A stretch of 64,000 nt of DNA from positions 11,594,001 to 11,658,000 of the forward strand of contig OX597818.1 of the NCBI GenBank assembly GCA_951406725.2. Direction: 5' to 3'. A model generated the notes under the pieces. The model had not been told where the DNA came from, searched no databases, and saw nothing but the letters and a program-made list of their open reading frames with translations. The stretch comes from Octopus vulgaris (lineage: Eukaryota). Positions 41,293 to 53,727 of this stretch are shown here, piece by piece; the stretch's first letter is position 1, and every line of letters begins with the position of its first letter. Made by a program: the position numbers and the translations under genes.

Positions 41293-44200
41293 TTAAAGAG
41301 GAAGAACCAATATGCTGGAATCTTTCTGTGTCATAATAATTTTGTTTTGTCGAAGTGTTATAGCCAGTGGACCTTTGATTCCATCCTTGGCAGTGAATAA
41401 TTCACAATCAAGTTTGCCATCTTTGGTTAGTCGATATATTTTATTTGTATCAGTATCAGCAATGTATATGTATCCATCTGGGCTATATTCTATATCACGC
41501 GGTGTTATGAATTTATTACTTTGAATCGGTCTAAACTCGAAGTTAATTTCGCCTTCTTTGGGTATACCAAGTAGGTATGTGCCACAACTGTCGGATACGT
41601 AAATCACATCGTTGTCACCGATTGTAATGTACTGTGGGAAGATGAAAAAGTGGAGTCCCACTTTGTTGTATTGGAGAGTGCGCAAAGGTTGTCCTGTATT
41701 CGAGAGAAGATCTATGCCTAGAATGCACGAACACACCAGGTTTTGATCCCGTGTCACAGCAATACCCCAGTAACACTGTTCGGTTGAGACTAAACCGACA
41801 ACGACAAGTCGAGCGCCATGAGACAAAAACGCTAGTTGCCTAGCATTGGGGATAGTGCAAGCCACCACATTTGCATCCATCAAAGCCAAACTCCATGGGC
41901 CAGATTTAAATGTTACTCGATCGCCAGGAAGGCCAACGGTCGAGAACATTTGAACACAGCAATTGCTCCAGTCGCTAACGATATATTGTCCATCATCATT
42001 GCATTTTATGTCTGAAAGCCAGCTACGGTAATATTGGTCAGCTTGGAAAGGACCTCCAGCATAAAGTGTTCCGTTTTTATGGATGGTAAGTAAATTATCC
42101 AACTCGCCTTCAATAAAGGTGCCAACACTCGTATCACGTTTCTTAGTCCTTTTAACTGTCTCAATCGATGGTAATTTGGGTGGAGATTCTTTTGGTGCCA
42201 TCCCTATTTGAACTTGACTATTTTCCGCTGAACTTTCTTCCTTGATTTCCACATGTCGATTACGCTTGCTTTTAGAATCATTGTCCAATTTTAAAGCACC
42301 TTTTAATATTTTCCCGGCTTTATTTGATACAAGGGTAGCTTTATCTCGTGTAGGGCGTTCTGGAAGTGGCGATGATGATATTTCTGACGCCACATAGCGA
42401 TCTGTATTTGCCTGCCATTCCTTCGTGCTATTACCTTCGTCTAAATCCACTGATGATGTTGCCTGGTCGGAATAGATGTCAAAGTCAAATCTCTTGGCTA
42501 CAGAGCTAAGTGTGCCATATGAATCATCTGTATTGGATATATCCGTAGCTTCACTGGTTTCACTTAAAGACGTATTGAGATTATCTGCAGTTGATAACTG
42601 TTCCTTAATATCAATTTCCCATTCTGTCATTTCAGATTCAGGACTCATTGGAGCAACTCGGCTTGATGGTGGAGAAGCATTGATTTGGGATCTGTTTTGG
42701 TGTTCAATGACGGGTTTCTCTACTTCTTCAAGAGAATTTGAAGTTTTTTTCGATGACACACTTCTTGCAGGGCTGATGTCCCCATTCATTTGCCGAAATT
42801 TCCTTTCATGGGCATAGGACTGCAAATCGGGATCAGATTTTTGATTTTCATTCTGGTCAGTTGATCGACGAAATTTCCCTTTCTTTGGAGATTTGATTTT
42901 TGAATTATTATTTTCTCTCGGGGATATGACTTGATCACTCTGGTCATAATCATCGTCGTTAACTTTTGAACTGGTGTTGCGGGTTTCTGTAGAATAACTT
43001 TGGTGCATATTTCCCACTTTTGTTCGTTTTCTGTTTCTAGGGTTCAATTCGGTTTCATATTGGTCACTATCATCTGACTTGTCGGTTTCAGGTTTCGGAT
43101 ATTTAAATCCATACTCGGAACTGATGTTATGAGAGTTGTATCGAAAAGACTTTGAATCTGACTCATGTTTTCGTTGCTGCCAGGCACTAGGGCTTTGGAG
43201 AATTCTTGGGCTAGGACTGAAGAATCCACTGTCATTTCCTGGGGTTTGAACGGTTTGCTCATCCTCTGTCGGACTTGGTATTTCTTGGTGGTCTTGATAC
43301 TGGTACTGTTGGCTGCGACGATCATTTTTCAAGTTTATTTTTTGAAGATGTGGGCAATATGTTTTAGTGTCAGTGGAATATAAAGGATGCACTCTAGATT
43401 CCTTAGAATGACTGTTTGTCTGATTAGGTGTTGATGAATTTTGAAGTGATATAGTTTCTGTTAAGGAAATTTGGCTCGAGTCGTTTTTTCTACAGTTTAG
43501 TTTCATAGGAGGTGGTGTATCAGCTTTACTGTATGAAATTCTGTGCTCTGTGCTCGATAATTTTCTTTTGGATCCATAATTTGGAACCCAATATTTTAGA
43601 GTTTCTTCAATTAAATTTGCTATGGTAGCTTTTAAAGATTCGATCTCTTCTTCCAAACGTTCTCTAGAATACAATTCATCTTCTCTGCATTTAAGCACTT
43701 CCTCAAACTTGGAGTCCATTTTATTCTGGAGCAATTCTCCAACACCTTCGCCGAGGAGCGATTCATCTTGGTATCCAACAAAAGAATTCCGATGACAAGA
43801 AACATTAGAATTAAATCGTATATTATTATTATTATTATTGGTATGTTTCACTTTATGGTAAGATTTACATAACCAAGGATTCGAATATTCCGGTGAGTGG
43901 CATACGTGGTTCGGAATATACCGAGATTGACTATAGCATATGTGATTGTTGGTATTGTTTCGATGGTTTTCTGTAGTTTCATCCAGAATTTTTGCTGATT
44001 TCCTTTGACAATATCCATTTGATGTTCTGTGTTTATATTTAACGTTTTTTCCTGTGTGATTAGATTGATAAAAACTGTCATTACCTTCAAAGCTCTTGTT
44101 GTCGCTTGGTTGGTCACTCTTTTCACTGTATCTATTTGTTAGCGATGAATTGTCTTCCAGTGAGGTGGACAATTGTTCAACATCTGATGAAGCTGGTGAG

Positions 44201-44664
44201 GAGGTTTCGGCGCGAGTACTGTCACAAGATGGTGGTTTATTGGAAACGGAGTTCGCTTCGTTACAGTGCCGGCAATACTCAGCTCCGAAATGGGACGAGT
44301 TAGGAATGGTATAAAGTGGTGGCCGTCCATCGAGACTATCACCATTTCCAATAACGTTGTATCTCTCTAACACGTTCACCAAGAAGATACTCTCACTGCG
44401 ATTGTTTCCTTTTCTTAATCCATCGGATTTTAGAAGCAAAGTTTCAAAGGCGCCCACTTCAAGTCTACAATGAGGACAAGGTATATATTTTCTACCGGAT
44501 CCCAAAACAGAAAACATGGTGCCTTCGAAGGAAAAATCCTCGCTACCGCTGCTGCTGCTGCCGCCATCACCACATCCGCCATAGTAAGGTGGTGGTGGAG
44601 AGTCCATTAAAGTCCCATATCTTTGGTGTGAATTACTATAACAACAGTGCAGACCAGCCTCCAT
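41293..44664 (-). CDS. 1123-aa TRIM-NHL-related protein: RING/B-box remnants, short coiled coil, long disordered region, C-terminal NHL-type beta-propeller; CDS uninterrupted
   Basis: 3372-bp open frame in otherwise repeat-filled DNA. Start context aagtATGG with an in-frame TAA two codons upstream. The last ~260 aa contain NHL-like blades (DGQYIVSDWSNCCVQMF, FPQYITIGDNDVIYVSD, PRDIEYSPDGYIYIADTDTNKIYRL..DG, GIKGPLAI). IPCPHCR at aa 61-67; heptad-like EELYSRERLEEEIESLKATIANL segment. Confidence 0.9.
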   Translation of the reverse strand: MEAGLHCCYSNSHQRYGTLMDSPPPPYYGGCGDGGSSSSGSEDFSFEGTMFSVLGSGRKYIPCPHCRLEVGAFETLLLKSDGLRKGNNRSESIFLVNVLERYNVIGNGDSLDGRPPLYTIPNSSHFGAEYCRHCNEANSVSNKPPSCDSTRAETSSPASSDVEQLSTSLEDNSSLTNRYSEKSDQPSDNKSFEGNDSFYQSNHTGKNVKYKHRTSNGYCQRKSAKILDETTENHRNNTNNHICYSQSRYIPNHVCHSPEYSNPWLCKSYHKVKHTNNNNNNIRFNSNVSCHRNSFVGYQDESLLGEGVGELLQNKMDSKFEEVLKCREDELYSRERLEEEIESLKATIANLIEETLKYWVPNYGSKRKLSSTEHRISYSKADTPPPMKLNCRKNDSSQISLTETISLQNSSTPNQTNSHSKESRVHPLYSTDTKTYCPHLQKINLKNDRRSQQYQYQDHQEIPSPTEDEQTVQTPGNDSGFFSPSPRILQSPSAWQQRKHESDSKSFRYNSHNISSEYGFKYPKPETDKSDDSDQYETELNPRNRKRTKVGNMHQSYSTETRNTSSKVNDDDYDQSDQVISPRENNNSKIKSPKKGKFRRSTDQNENQKSDPDLQSYAHERKFRQMNGDISPARSVSSKKTSNSLEEVEKPVIEHQNRSQINASPPSSRVAPMSPESEMTEWEIDIKEQLSTADNLNTSLSETSEATDISNTDDSYGTLSSVAKRFDFDIYSDQATSSVDLDEGNSTKEWQANTDRYVASEISSSPLPERPTRDKATLVSNKAGKILKGALKLDNDSKSKRNRHVEIKEESSAENSQVQIGMAPKESPPKLPSIETVKRTKKRDTSVGTFIEGELDNLLTIHKNGTLYAGGPFQADQYYRSWLSDIKCNDDGQYIVSDWSNCCVQMFSTVGLPGDRVTFKSGPWSLALMDANVVACTIPNARQLAFLSHGARLVVVGLVSTEQCYWGIAVTRDQNLVCSCILGIDLLSNTGQPLRTLQYNKVGLHFFIFPQYITIGDNDVIYVSDSCGTYLLGIPKEGEINFEFRPIQSNKFITPRDIEYSPDGYIYIADTDTNKIYRLTKDGKLDCELFTAKDGIKGPLAITLRQNKIIMTQKDSSILVLPL

Positions 44665-44917
44665 ACTTTAGCGCCGGCCTGGTGAATATGTTACCGTTGC
44701 AAATGTTATTGTTGTGAATGTTGGTTACTGTTGATGTTGTTGATGTTGTAGTGGTCGTCGTATTGATGTGAACAGCAGTAGCAGTTATTGACAGCAATGA
44801 TGTGTTTTGTTGTTTTTCGTTTTTGTTTTACATTTGTTCTGCCTGTTGCTGGTGTTATACCTGCTGTTCTACTTGCTGTTATGTTTCAGCCTGTTATAGC
44901 AGTAGCAGCCGTTTCAC
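44665..44917 (-). other. Probable 5' UTR part of the coding exon, with splice acceptor at 44918-44919
   Basis: Minus strand tattctgtctttccattcgacAG|gtgaaac, preceded by a long (CT)n pyrimidine tract; CAA/CAG-rich sequence leads to the ATG. Confidence 0.55.
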
Positions 44918-44968
44918 CTGTCGAATGGAAAGACAGAATATGAAATAGAGCCAGAGGCACAGGTACAG

Positions 44969-45017
<49 letters not shown>

Positions 45018-45934
45018 GGAGGGATAAATATAAACAGAAATAGAGACAAAGATAGAGAGGTGGGGAGGAAGGTGTTCAAAGCGGTTGTAAGTGAACACAA
45101 TGATAATGTGGTGGTTGGCGGTTGGCGGTTGGTAGTAGTGAGAGTAGTCATAAAAGTATGGCAACAAGTAGCAGTAGTGGCAGTGGTAGTAATGTTGTGT
45201 TATTGTTTACTCCTATCTCCATGCCACCCCAGGGTCTATCCTGATCGAGCATCCCTATGATAAGAGGCTATCCAGCCATGATTATCCCGCCTTTTTAAGC
45301 CTATGAAATAAAAACATTATCTAATGGGTCTTTCCTTTCCCGAGTGAAGGCGTGTTATGATAGAGATGTGGCTGCTATTTCTAACCGGTCTATTGGCTTC
45401 TTAAACACCCTCGCTTCTTTTGGCTCGTAAATTATTGTTGCTGTAGCTAAACTCTAAGACAGCCCTGAACGAATACACCAATACTTAAAGACAGTCCAGC
45501 AGTGACAGCTCCGTCAAGGACTATATATTTTTTGTGTTCTTTCTTTAATAAAAACAGTAGAATGTGATTCCAGAGATATTTAACTCTTATTTCTAGCAGG
45601 TAAAACAACTAAGCAGAAACTTCCTTGTTTGTACCGGTAATGGTATTCATGTTGTTATTAGTGGTGGTGGTGGTGGTGGTGGTGCAGGTGATGGTGTCGT
45701 GATGATGGTGATGGCGGCGGTGTTATTGTTTTTGTTGTTGTTGTTGTTGTGGTTGGTGGTGGTAGTGGTGGTGTTGGTGGCGGTGGCGGCGGGGGTAATG
45801 TAAACTTTAGAACGAAATACTAAAAAGAGAAAAATAAATATGTACGTTCAAAAACAAAACAAGGTCCTGTATAGGGCTTTTGAATCAAAAGCGTATTTTC
45901 CCATGTAAGCCTTCGCCGTTCGCAAGTCAGTTAC

Positions 45935-46138
45935 CTGTAACATCAGGGCGGTGCAGCCGGTAGATGTCCGTGACCCCACCCTAATTCCGGGTATCCGCTT
46001 CTCTAACTGGCTATGTTGAAAATGAAACTCAACTGTACAATCTCACCAGTCAAGTTGAAATGTGTCTAACTTTAACAATGTGGCAAGAGCAGAGAGCGGG
46101 AAGGGGGAGTAAGTGACAAAAACACTTCGGCTTCCTAC
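45935..46138 (-). other. Candidate upstream non-coding exon of the NHL gene
   Basis: Acceptor-like catattttgcAG at 46139-46140, donor-like CAG|GTAACT at 45935/45934, and unique, higher-GC sequence between them. Confidence 0.3.
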
Positions 46139-46352
46139 CTGCAAAATATGTAAAGCATTTTAGTTCTTATTTCTAGCAATGTAGGTGTCCTGACACCCTT
46201 AGTCGCATTTAATAACAATTATATTTTTCCTTTATGGTAACAAATTGCATATAGTTGTTTATATTAATTTATTTATAAATATGTGTGTGTGTGTTTGTGT
46301 GTGTGTATAGAAGTGCTATAATTTCTAAATATCTCGATACACACATACATAG

Positions 46353-46420
<68 letters not shown>

Positions 46421-46466
46421 GAATGTATGTAAGCTTATATGAACGCGTGCGCGTGTATATATATAT

Positions 46467-46578
<112 letters not shown>

Positions 46579-46703
46579 GTAATAGATAGATAGATAAAAT
46601 TTACTAGGAAATGGATGTGTGGAGTTCTATCACATAAAATAATGGCCCCAGCATGGCCACAGCTCAAGAGCTGAAACTGGAAAAACAAAAACAAAACAAA
46701 AAC

Positions 46704-46738
<35 letters not shown>

Positions 46739-46739
46739 G

Positions 46740-46789
<50 letters not shown>

Positions 46790-46794
<5 letters not shown>

Positions 46795-47283
46795 GCATAT
46801 ATACACACATATACCTTACGTGCCTACATATATATGTATATATACAGGCCTATATGGGTACAGGACGTCAAAAAAAAAACGTGAACAAAATGAGAAACGA
46901 AAACATAAAAAAACAAAAGCAAGGAAACGAACTTTTTTCGAACAACGAAAAAAACAAATAGAGAATCGAGACAGGCAGCATAAAGAACATTCCCTTCAAC
47001 TGTTGTCCCCTGTGTTATCTACTCAGCGTTTCAGTCCCTACCTTCGAAACGCAGAGTAGATAAAACAGGGGACAACAGTTGAAGGGAATGTTCTTTATGC
47101 TGCCTGTCTCGATTCTCTGTTTGTTTTTTCGTTGTTCGAAAAAAAAGTCCGTTTCCTGCTTTTGTTTTTTATGTTTTCGTTTCTCATTTTGTCCACGTTT
47201 TTTTTGACGTCCTGTACCCATATAGACCTGTATATATACATGTATATGTAGGCATGTACTTATATGTGTGTATATATGCATAT
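46790..47283. repeat. Fold-back inverted repeat (arms of about 240 bp, short loop) embedded in (TA)n; probably Penelope pseudo-LTR-derived
   Basis: 46790-47031 and 47045-47283 are reverse complements; a diverged unpaired copy lies at about 63720-63930. Confidence 0.9.
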
Positions 47284-47308
47284 ATATATATATATATAAA
47301 ACTTACTT

Positions 47309-47419
<111 letters not shown>

Positions 47420-47708
47420 TGTATGTATGTATGTATGTATGTATGTATGTATGCATGCATGCATGTGAGTATATATGTCTGCGCGAACAAAAGTTAAAAC
47501 CCCACAAACTTACTTTAAGAATTCAATATCAGACAATAATATAATAGAGTATAATACAATAATATACAGCAATATAATATATACAATATGCAATGAAATA
47601 ATGAGTATATAACAATACAATATAGTATATGTAGTACATAATGTAATATATATGTTTATGTATATTATAATATGACATATACAATATATATCATAATAGT
47701 ATATATAT

Positions 47709-48085
47709 AGGCGCAGGTGTGGTTGTGTGATAAGAAGCTTGATTCCACACCACATGGTTCCGGGTTCAGTCCCACAGCATGGCACCTTAGGCAAGTGTCT
47801 TCTATTATAACCTCGGGCCGACCAAAACCTTGTAAGTGGATTTGGTAAACGGAAACTGAAAGAAGCCCGTCGTATATGTATATGTTTGTGTGCCTGTATT
47901 TGTCCCCCCAACATCGCTTGACAACCGATGTTGGTGTGTTTACGTCCCCGTAACTTAACGGTTCGGTAAAAGATACCGATATATTAAGTACTAGGCATAA
48001 AAAGAATAAGTCCTGGGGTCGATTAGTTCGAGTAAAAGGCGGTGCTCCAGCATGACCGCAATCAAATGACTGAAACTAGTACAAG
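47709..48085 (+). mobile_element. SINE family A, full length
   Basis: Complete head-to-tail match to the other family A copies. Confidence 0.92.
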
Positions 48086-48121
48086 CGCATATAATGATAT
48101 AATATATCTTTTATAATATAT

Positions 48122-48512
48122 CTTTTATCTTTTACTTGTTTCAGTCATTACACTACGGCCATGCTGGGGCACCGCCTTAAATTTTTAGTCGGATGAATCG
48201 ACACCAGTATTTATTATTTTAAGCCTTGTACTTATCCTATCGGTATCTTTTTGCCGAGCCGCAGAGTTACGGGGGCGTAAACACACCAACACCGGTTGTC
48301 AAGTGGTGATAGGAGGACAAACATAGACGCACACACATATATTTACAACAGGCTTCTTTCAGTTTTCATCTACCAAATCTTTGGTCGGCCCAAGGCTATA
48401 GTAAAAGACATTTGCCTATAATGCCGCACGGTAGGACTGCACTCGGAACCATGTGGTTGGGAAGCAAGCTTCTTACCATTTCTACGCCTATCCACACAGC
48501 CACTCCAACGCC
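48122..48512 (-). mobile_element. SINE family A, full length, tail-to-tail with the previous copy
   Basis: Reverse complement of family A. Confidence 0.9.
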
Positions 48513-48526
48513 TATATTTACATACA

Positions 48527-48567
<41 letters not shown>

Positions 48568-48629
48568 ACACATATATATATAAATATATAAATTGATATA
48601 ATATATACAATATATAACAATATGTATTT

Positions 48630-49122
<493 letters not shown>

Positions 49123-49311
49123 TGTATATAAATAAATATATAACTTACCACATAGCCAGCCCTGTATATAAATAAATATATATATTATATACATATATTC
49201 AAATATATAAATACATACATATATGTATGTGTGTATATATATATATATGTGTGTGTGTGTGTATATGTATATGTGTGTATATGTATGTGTGTATATGTAT
49301 GTGTGTATATG

Positions 49312-49364
<53 letters not shown>

Positions 49365-49852
49365 TATATATATACATTTATTTAGCCGACTACAATGTTG
49401 ATTTTCCTAATCTCTTCTTTGCTTAACTATGTGAGAGTGATTCCAGGAAGACTCCCCTGCTGTTTTTAGTAGGACGAGTAACTAAGCAGAGACTTGTTTG
49501 TTGGTACCTGAACTAGTATTGTTGGTGTTGTTGTTACAGGCGGTGGAGATGTTGGTGGCGTGTTGGTGGATATCGTACGTGTTCATGTTTGTGGTTGTGG
49601 TTATGATTGTCATATACATCTGCACAAATAGTATAAATAGCCGCGCGCGCGCGCTAGGTAAGTACGTATTTTTATACATACACGCACACCTACATACACA
49701 CGTATACGCACATATAGACCTACTTAAATGCTTGTCAATAAAGTGTCTTTTCGTCCCCGATGAGTTCTGAAACAAAAATAAAATTGAAGGATCTATTTAG
49801 AATAAAATATTACCTGCTTATCTGTCTGTCTGTCTGTCAGTCTATCTGTCTG

Positions 49853-49883
<31 letters not shown>

Positions 49884-49884
49884 G

Positions 49885-49920
<36 letters not shown>

Positions 49921-49960
49921 ACTAACTATCTATCTCATTGTCTGTCTGCCTGCCTGTCTA

Positions 49961-50039
<79 letters not shown>

Positions 50040-51020
50040 GAGGTACGACGACGAGCTCGGGGCGAACCTGGGCGTCGACGAGGAATACCTGACCCGCCTG
50101 TTCAAGACGACTTTCGGGCCGGGACCTATGGATAACTTCCAGAGATCCTTGGCCTGGCAGTGCTACCGAGAAGCGCTACCCGTTCGGGATAAGCTCTACA
50201 GACAAGGCTCGAGAAACACGAGGGCGACCTGCTCGAGATGCGGTCAGAGCGACGAAGCGTTCTGCACGCACTCGTGCAGTGTCTAACCATTTCCGACCTG
50301 TGGGTTTATGTCGAACGACTGCTGTCACATGTGGGACGAGTTGGTTTATCAGCCGAGTCTATCGTCAATATCGTCACGCCCCCTTCCTTCAAACGGGAAG
50401 GAAGAGCTATTTTCATCATACTTGTAGCTATGGCGAAAGAATGTATCTGGTGGACGCGTCTGAAAGGATAAGAGACAAACACTTTCCTCTCTGGTCAATC
50501 TCTCATCAACTTCTTCAAGTATCACTTGAAAAGGAAAGTGAGAGTAGAGAGGCAGGTTTTGTCTAGCGAATGTTTCAAGAAAAGAAATCTGAGTGAATGT
50601 AGCAAGGATGGCACGTATGAATGACGAAGCCACCTTGAGCATAATCCTATGAACCCGGAATTTTAAAACAGAGGGTTACCCACTTGCAAACAAATGTGGT
50701 AACATGTAACAATATTGACCGAGGTTACCGTGGTCTTTTCCGTAGGCTTTTCTTTCCACGGATAAACCTTATCTGCTTTCCCCTTTACACCTTACATCAT
50801 GACACTGTGATACACGATCCCTATTGATAGTTTTTTTTTCTTTTTTCCTTTTTTCTTTTTTTTCTGTTGTTTCTTTTCCTTTGTTTTCTTTTTTTCTTCT
50901 TTTCCTTTTACGATCCCTTTTGATCGAAAACCTACCCCACTTTTTTTCCCCCAAAAAAATAAAAGCTCTACTTTGTAATCTGTCCTGTCTGTGTGCAGCC
51001 CTGTGTGGCTAATAAAGAAA
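50040..51020 (+). mobile_element. Tx1/L1-group LINE 3' end, copy 2, inserted within a (TATC)n tract
   Basis: Near-identical to 19830-20743; ends gtggctaataaagaaa; (TATC)n on both sides. Confidence 0.92.
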
Positions 51021-51022
51021 CA

Positions 51023-51112
<90 letters not shown>

Positions 51113-51300
51113 AGATGATAAATATCTAGCCACTAAACCTTTTTCTATTTTCTCTCCCTATTTATCTCTGTGTTCCTTTCTGTCGTAGAGCGTAGGCTCG
51201 AAACGTAAAAGACTTTCTCATTTCCCGAGCGTTAAACTAATACATCTGTTTGTTGTTTACACACCCGTCTCCGTCTTTTGTTGTTTTTTTTTTGTAAATT
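51113..51300 (+). mobile_element. Solo Penelope-type pseudo-LTR fragment with a minimal hammerhead-like motif at 51176-51211
   Basis: CTTT-CTGTCGTA-GAGC-GTAG-GCTC-GAAA-CG-TA-AAAG gives stem I CTTT/AAAG, stem II GAGC/GCTC, GAAA and a palindromic ACGT stem III; the core deviates from CTGANGA. Sits within (TATC)n. Confidence 0.6.
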
Positions 51301-51632
51301 CTATCTATCTATCTTGCTAGCTAGATAGCTGGCTACGTACGTACCTACGTACCTACCTACCTACCTACCTACCTACCTACCTACCTACCTACCTGCCTGC
51401 CTGCCTGCCTGCCTGCCTGTCTGTCTGTCTGTCTGTTGTTCTGTCTGTCTATCTGTCTATCAATCTATCTATGTATCTATACATTATTGTATGCGCATAT
51501 ATAGTAATAATATATATATATATATATATATATCTTACCCTCTGTATATATATAAGTGTGTTGTGTATATGTATATATATATATATATATATATAACAAA
51601 CACATGAATATAGATATATGCATACACATAAA

Positions 51633-51673
<41 letters not shown>

Positions 51674-51689
51674 ACACACACACACACAC

Positions 51690-51828
51690 ACAGAAACTGA
51701 GTTGGCTTGCTTACGTCCCTATAACTTACAGGTTCGGTAAAAGAAAGCGATAGGGTTGATTTGTTCCTGTAAATACTCCAAGTCGATGCTCCAGTATGGT
51801 CGCAGTCCAACGACTGAAACAAGTAAGA
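51690..51828 (+). mobile_element. SINE family A 3' fragment
   Basis: ttacgtccctataactta...ccagtatggtcgcagtccaacgactgaaacaagtaagag. Confidence 0.8.
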
Positions 51829-52063
51829 GTTGGAAGGGAAATGATGTAGCTTATTTTTCGCCTACGGATGCCCATACTTAGGTACATCAGCTACAGTGCA
51901 CCCGGGTCTTGCTAGATATTTCCTAGTCGGGTGGACCAACAGATTGATAAGGTTTCAGCCTGAGTCTTATGTTGTATTCTACTGATCCTACCGATTACTC
52001 TTTAAAAAATAGAGATATTTACATGCATAATTTACGTATATATAAATGTTTACACATGCACAC

Positions 52064-52114
<51 letters not shown>

Positions 52115-52783
52115 TATCATTCAAATACAGTAGATGTTCAATAATTTTCTTAACGTAGCTTTTTTGTCACAGTCAGCGTCTTCGAAGCAGTCTCACTAAT
52201 TCAGTTTTAATCAAAATTAAATTTAGTTTTTTGAATTATGTTTGACTTGTAATAAGCTACATTTAGACATAAATTCTTAAAATCTGGTGCCATAGAACTG
52301 AAGTTATGTGAAAAAAAGTATAGACCAAACCGGTTGATTGAAAGGTAGTAACGCCCGACCCCGACAATTTGAATATAAACTATTCTTTTAATTTTGATTA
52401 AGAATTATTACATTGATAGTAATATGAAAGGGAAATGTAAAAGGAATATATCGATAAAGGTTTCGTAAAATTTTATCCATTAGGAAAAAAGATATTTAAT
52501 ATTAATTCTCAAATTTTGATCAATTTTTGTGTGATATTAAAAGGACACTACTTATATATGAACTAAACTATTTCTTAGGTGCACACACAGCAAAAGATAA
52601 AAGACAACACAAATCGATACAAAGAGTTCTAATATTTATTTTCATTAGTCTAAATTATTTTTTATAAAAAATGAAATTTTTTTGCTTAATTTTTTGTAGT
52701 ATGGTTTTTTTCAAGCCCATTTTTGAATAAATTATTTTAATAACAAGATTATTTAATAAAATAGTTTTATTTCTTTGATTTAG

Positions 52784-53215
52784 TCTCTATGAGCAGTAAT
52801 GAATCATGTAGTAGGGCTGTTCAGAAAAGGCAAATGACAAAAATTCAAATATTTTAACGGTCAATTTTCACTATTTTTAAATTTTCAAACATGGAGTTAA
52901 TTATTTGCATGCTAAAAATGACTTTATTTATAATTTATTTATTAATCTTATAGTAAATAGAATATGATTATTTGTGGCTTTGTCTCTATGAGCAGTACTG
53001 AAGTCTGTAGTAAGGCTGTTCAGAAAAGCCAAATGCTACTTGTAATTATATTGTATTCAATATTAATTTAATTTATAGAAAATAAAGTTATTTTATTACA
53101 TTTGTATCCTCCTTTTTTCGTTATTTTTAAAATTCTTTAAATATATTCATTTGTAATTTTGATTCTGTACAGTACCGAAATTACCGTACGTACATTATGT
53201 CCAGAAAAGGCAACG
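52784..53215. repeat. Three spaced copies of a motif of about 50 bp (period about 180-200 bp)
   Basis: tctctatgagcagta...ggctgttcagaaaag.caaatg at about 52784 and 52983; a diverged third copy at about 53164. Confidence 0.7.
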
Positions 53216-53400
53216 TTGCAATGTTTATCATTAATTTTTTTATTTAATTTCTAAATGAGAATTAGTCAAGTGAAAAAATCAAAATTTTGTTGGAATTTTC
53301 TTGGAAATTTTTGAATTCAAAATGATTGCAAGAAATGGTAATTTTATATATTTTTAATTAAAATTTTACTATTACTGCAATGTCTGTAAAAACACTGGAC

Positions 53401-53727
53401 TAGCCAATGAAAAACGCAGATGCATACAAACAATATTCTTAACAATTAAACCTGGAAAAGTAGAGGACAAGAAAAAAACTCATTAAAATTAGAGCTTATA
53501 TTGCTGCTAAAATGAAAATTTTAATATTTTTAATTAATTCATTGAGTGCAAAATTAAAATTAAAATAAAAAAGGGAAAGTGACATTAATTGAATTATAAA
53601 AAAAATATGAAAAGTACCTAAGAAGTGCTTTTTAATTTCAATTTTAGCAGCAATATTTTAAGCACTAATTTTCCAGGTTTAATTGTTAAGAATATTGTTA
53701 GTACGCGTCCGCATTTTTCATTGGCCA
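53401..53727. repeat. Nested inverted repeat (fold-back or MITE-like)
   Basis: 53401-53463 pairs with 53665-53727, and inner 53498-53520 pairs with 53634-53656. Confidence 0.85.

Noticed and set aside
42476-44351. Several 65-113 aa ORFs overlapping the NHL CDS
   Set aside because: Shadow ORFs antisense to or out of frame with a real CDS.
45640-45795. (GGT/GTT)n-rich stretch that could encode poly-Pro/Thr/His on the minus strand
   Set aside because: A simple trinucleotide repeat with no supported exon boundaries or link to the CDS.
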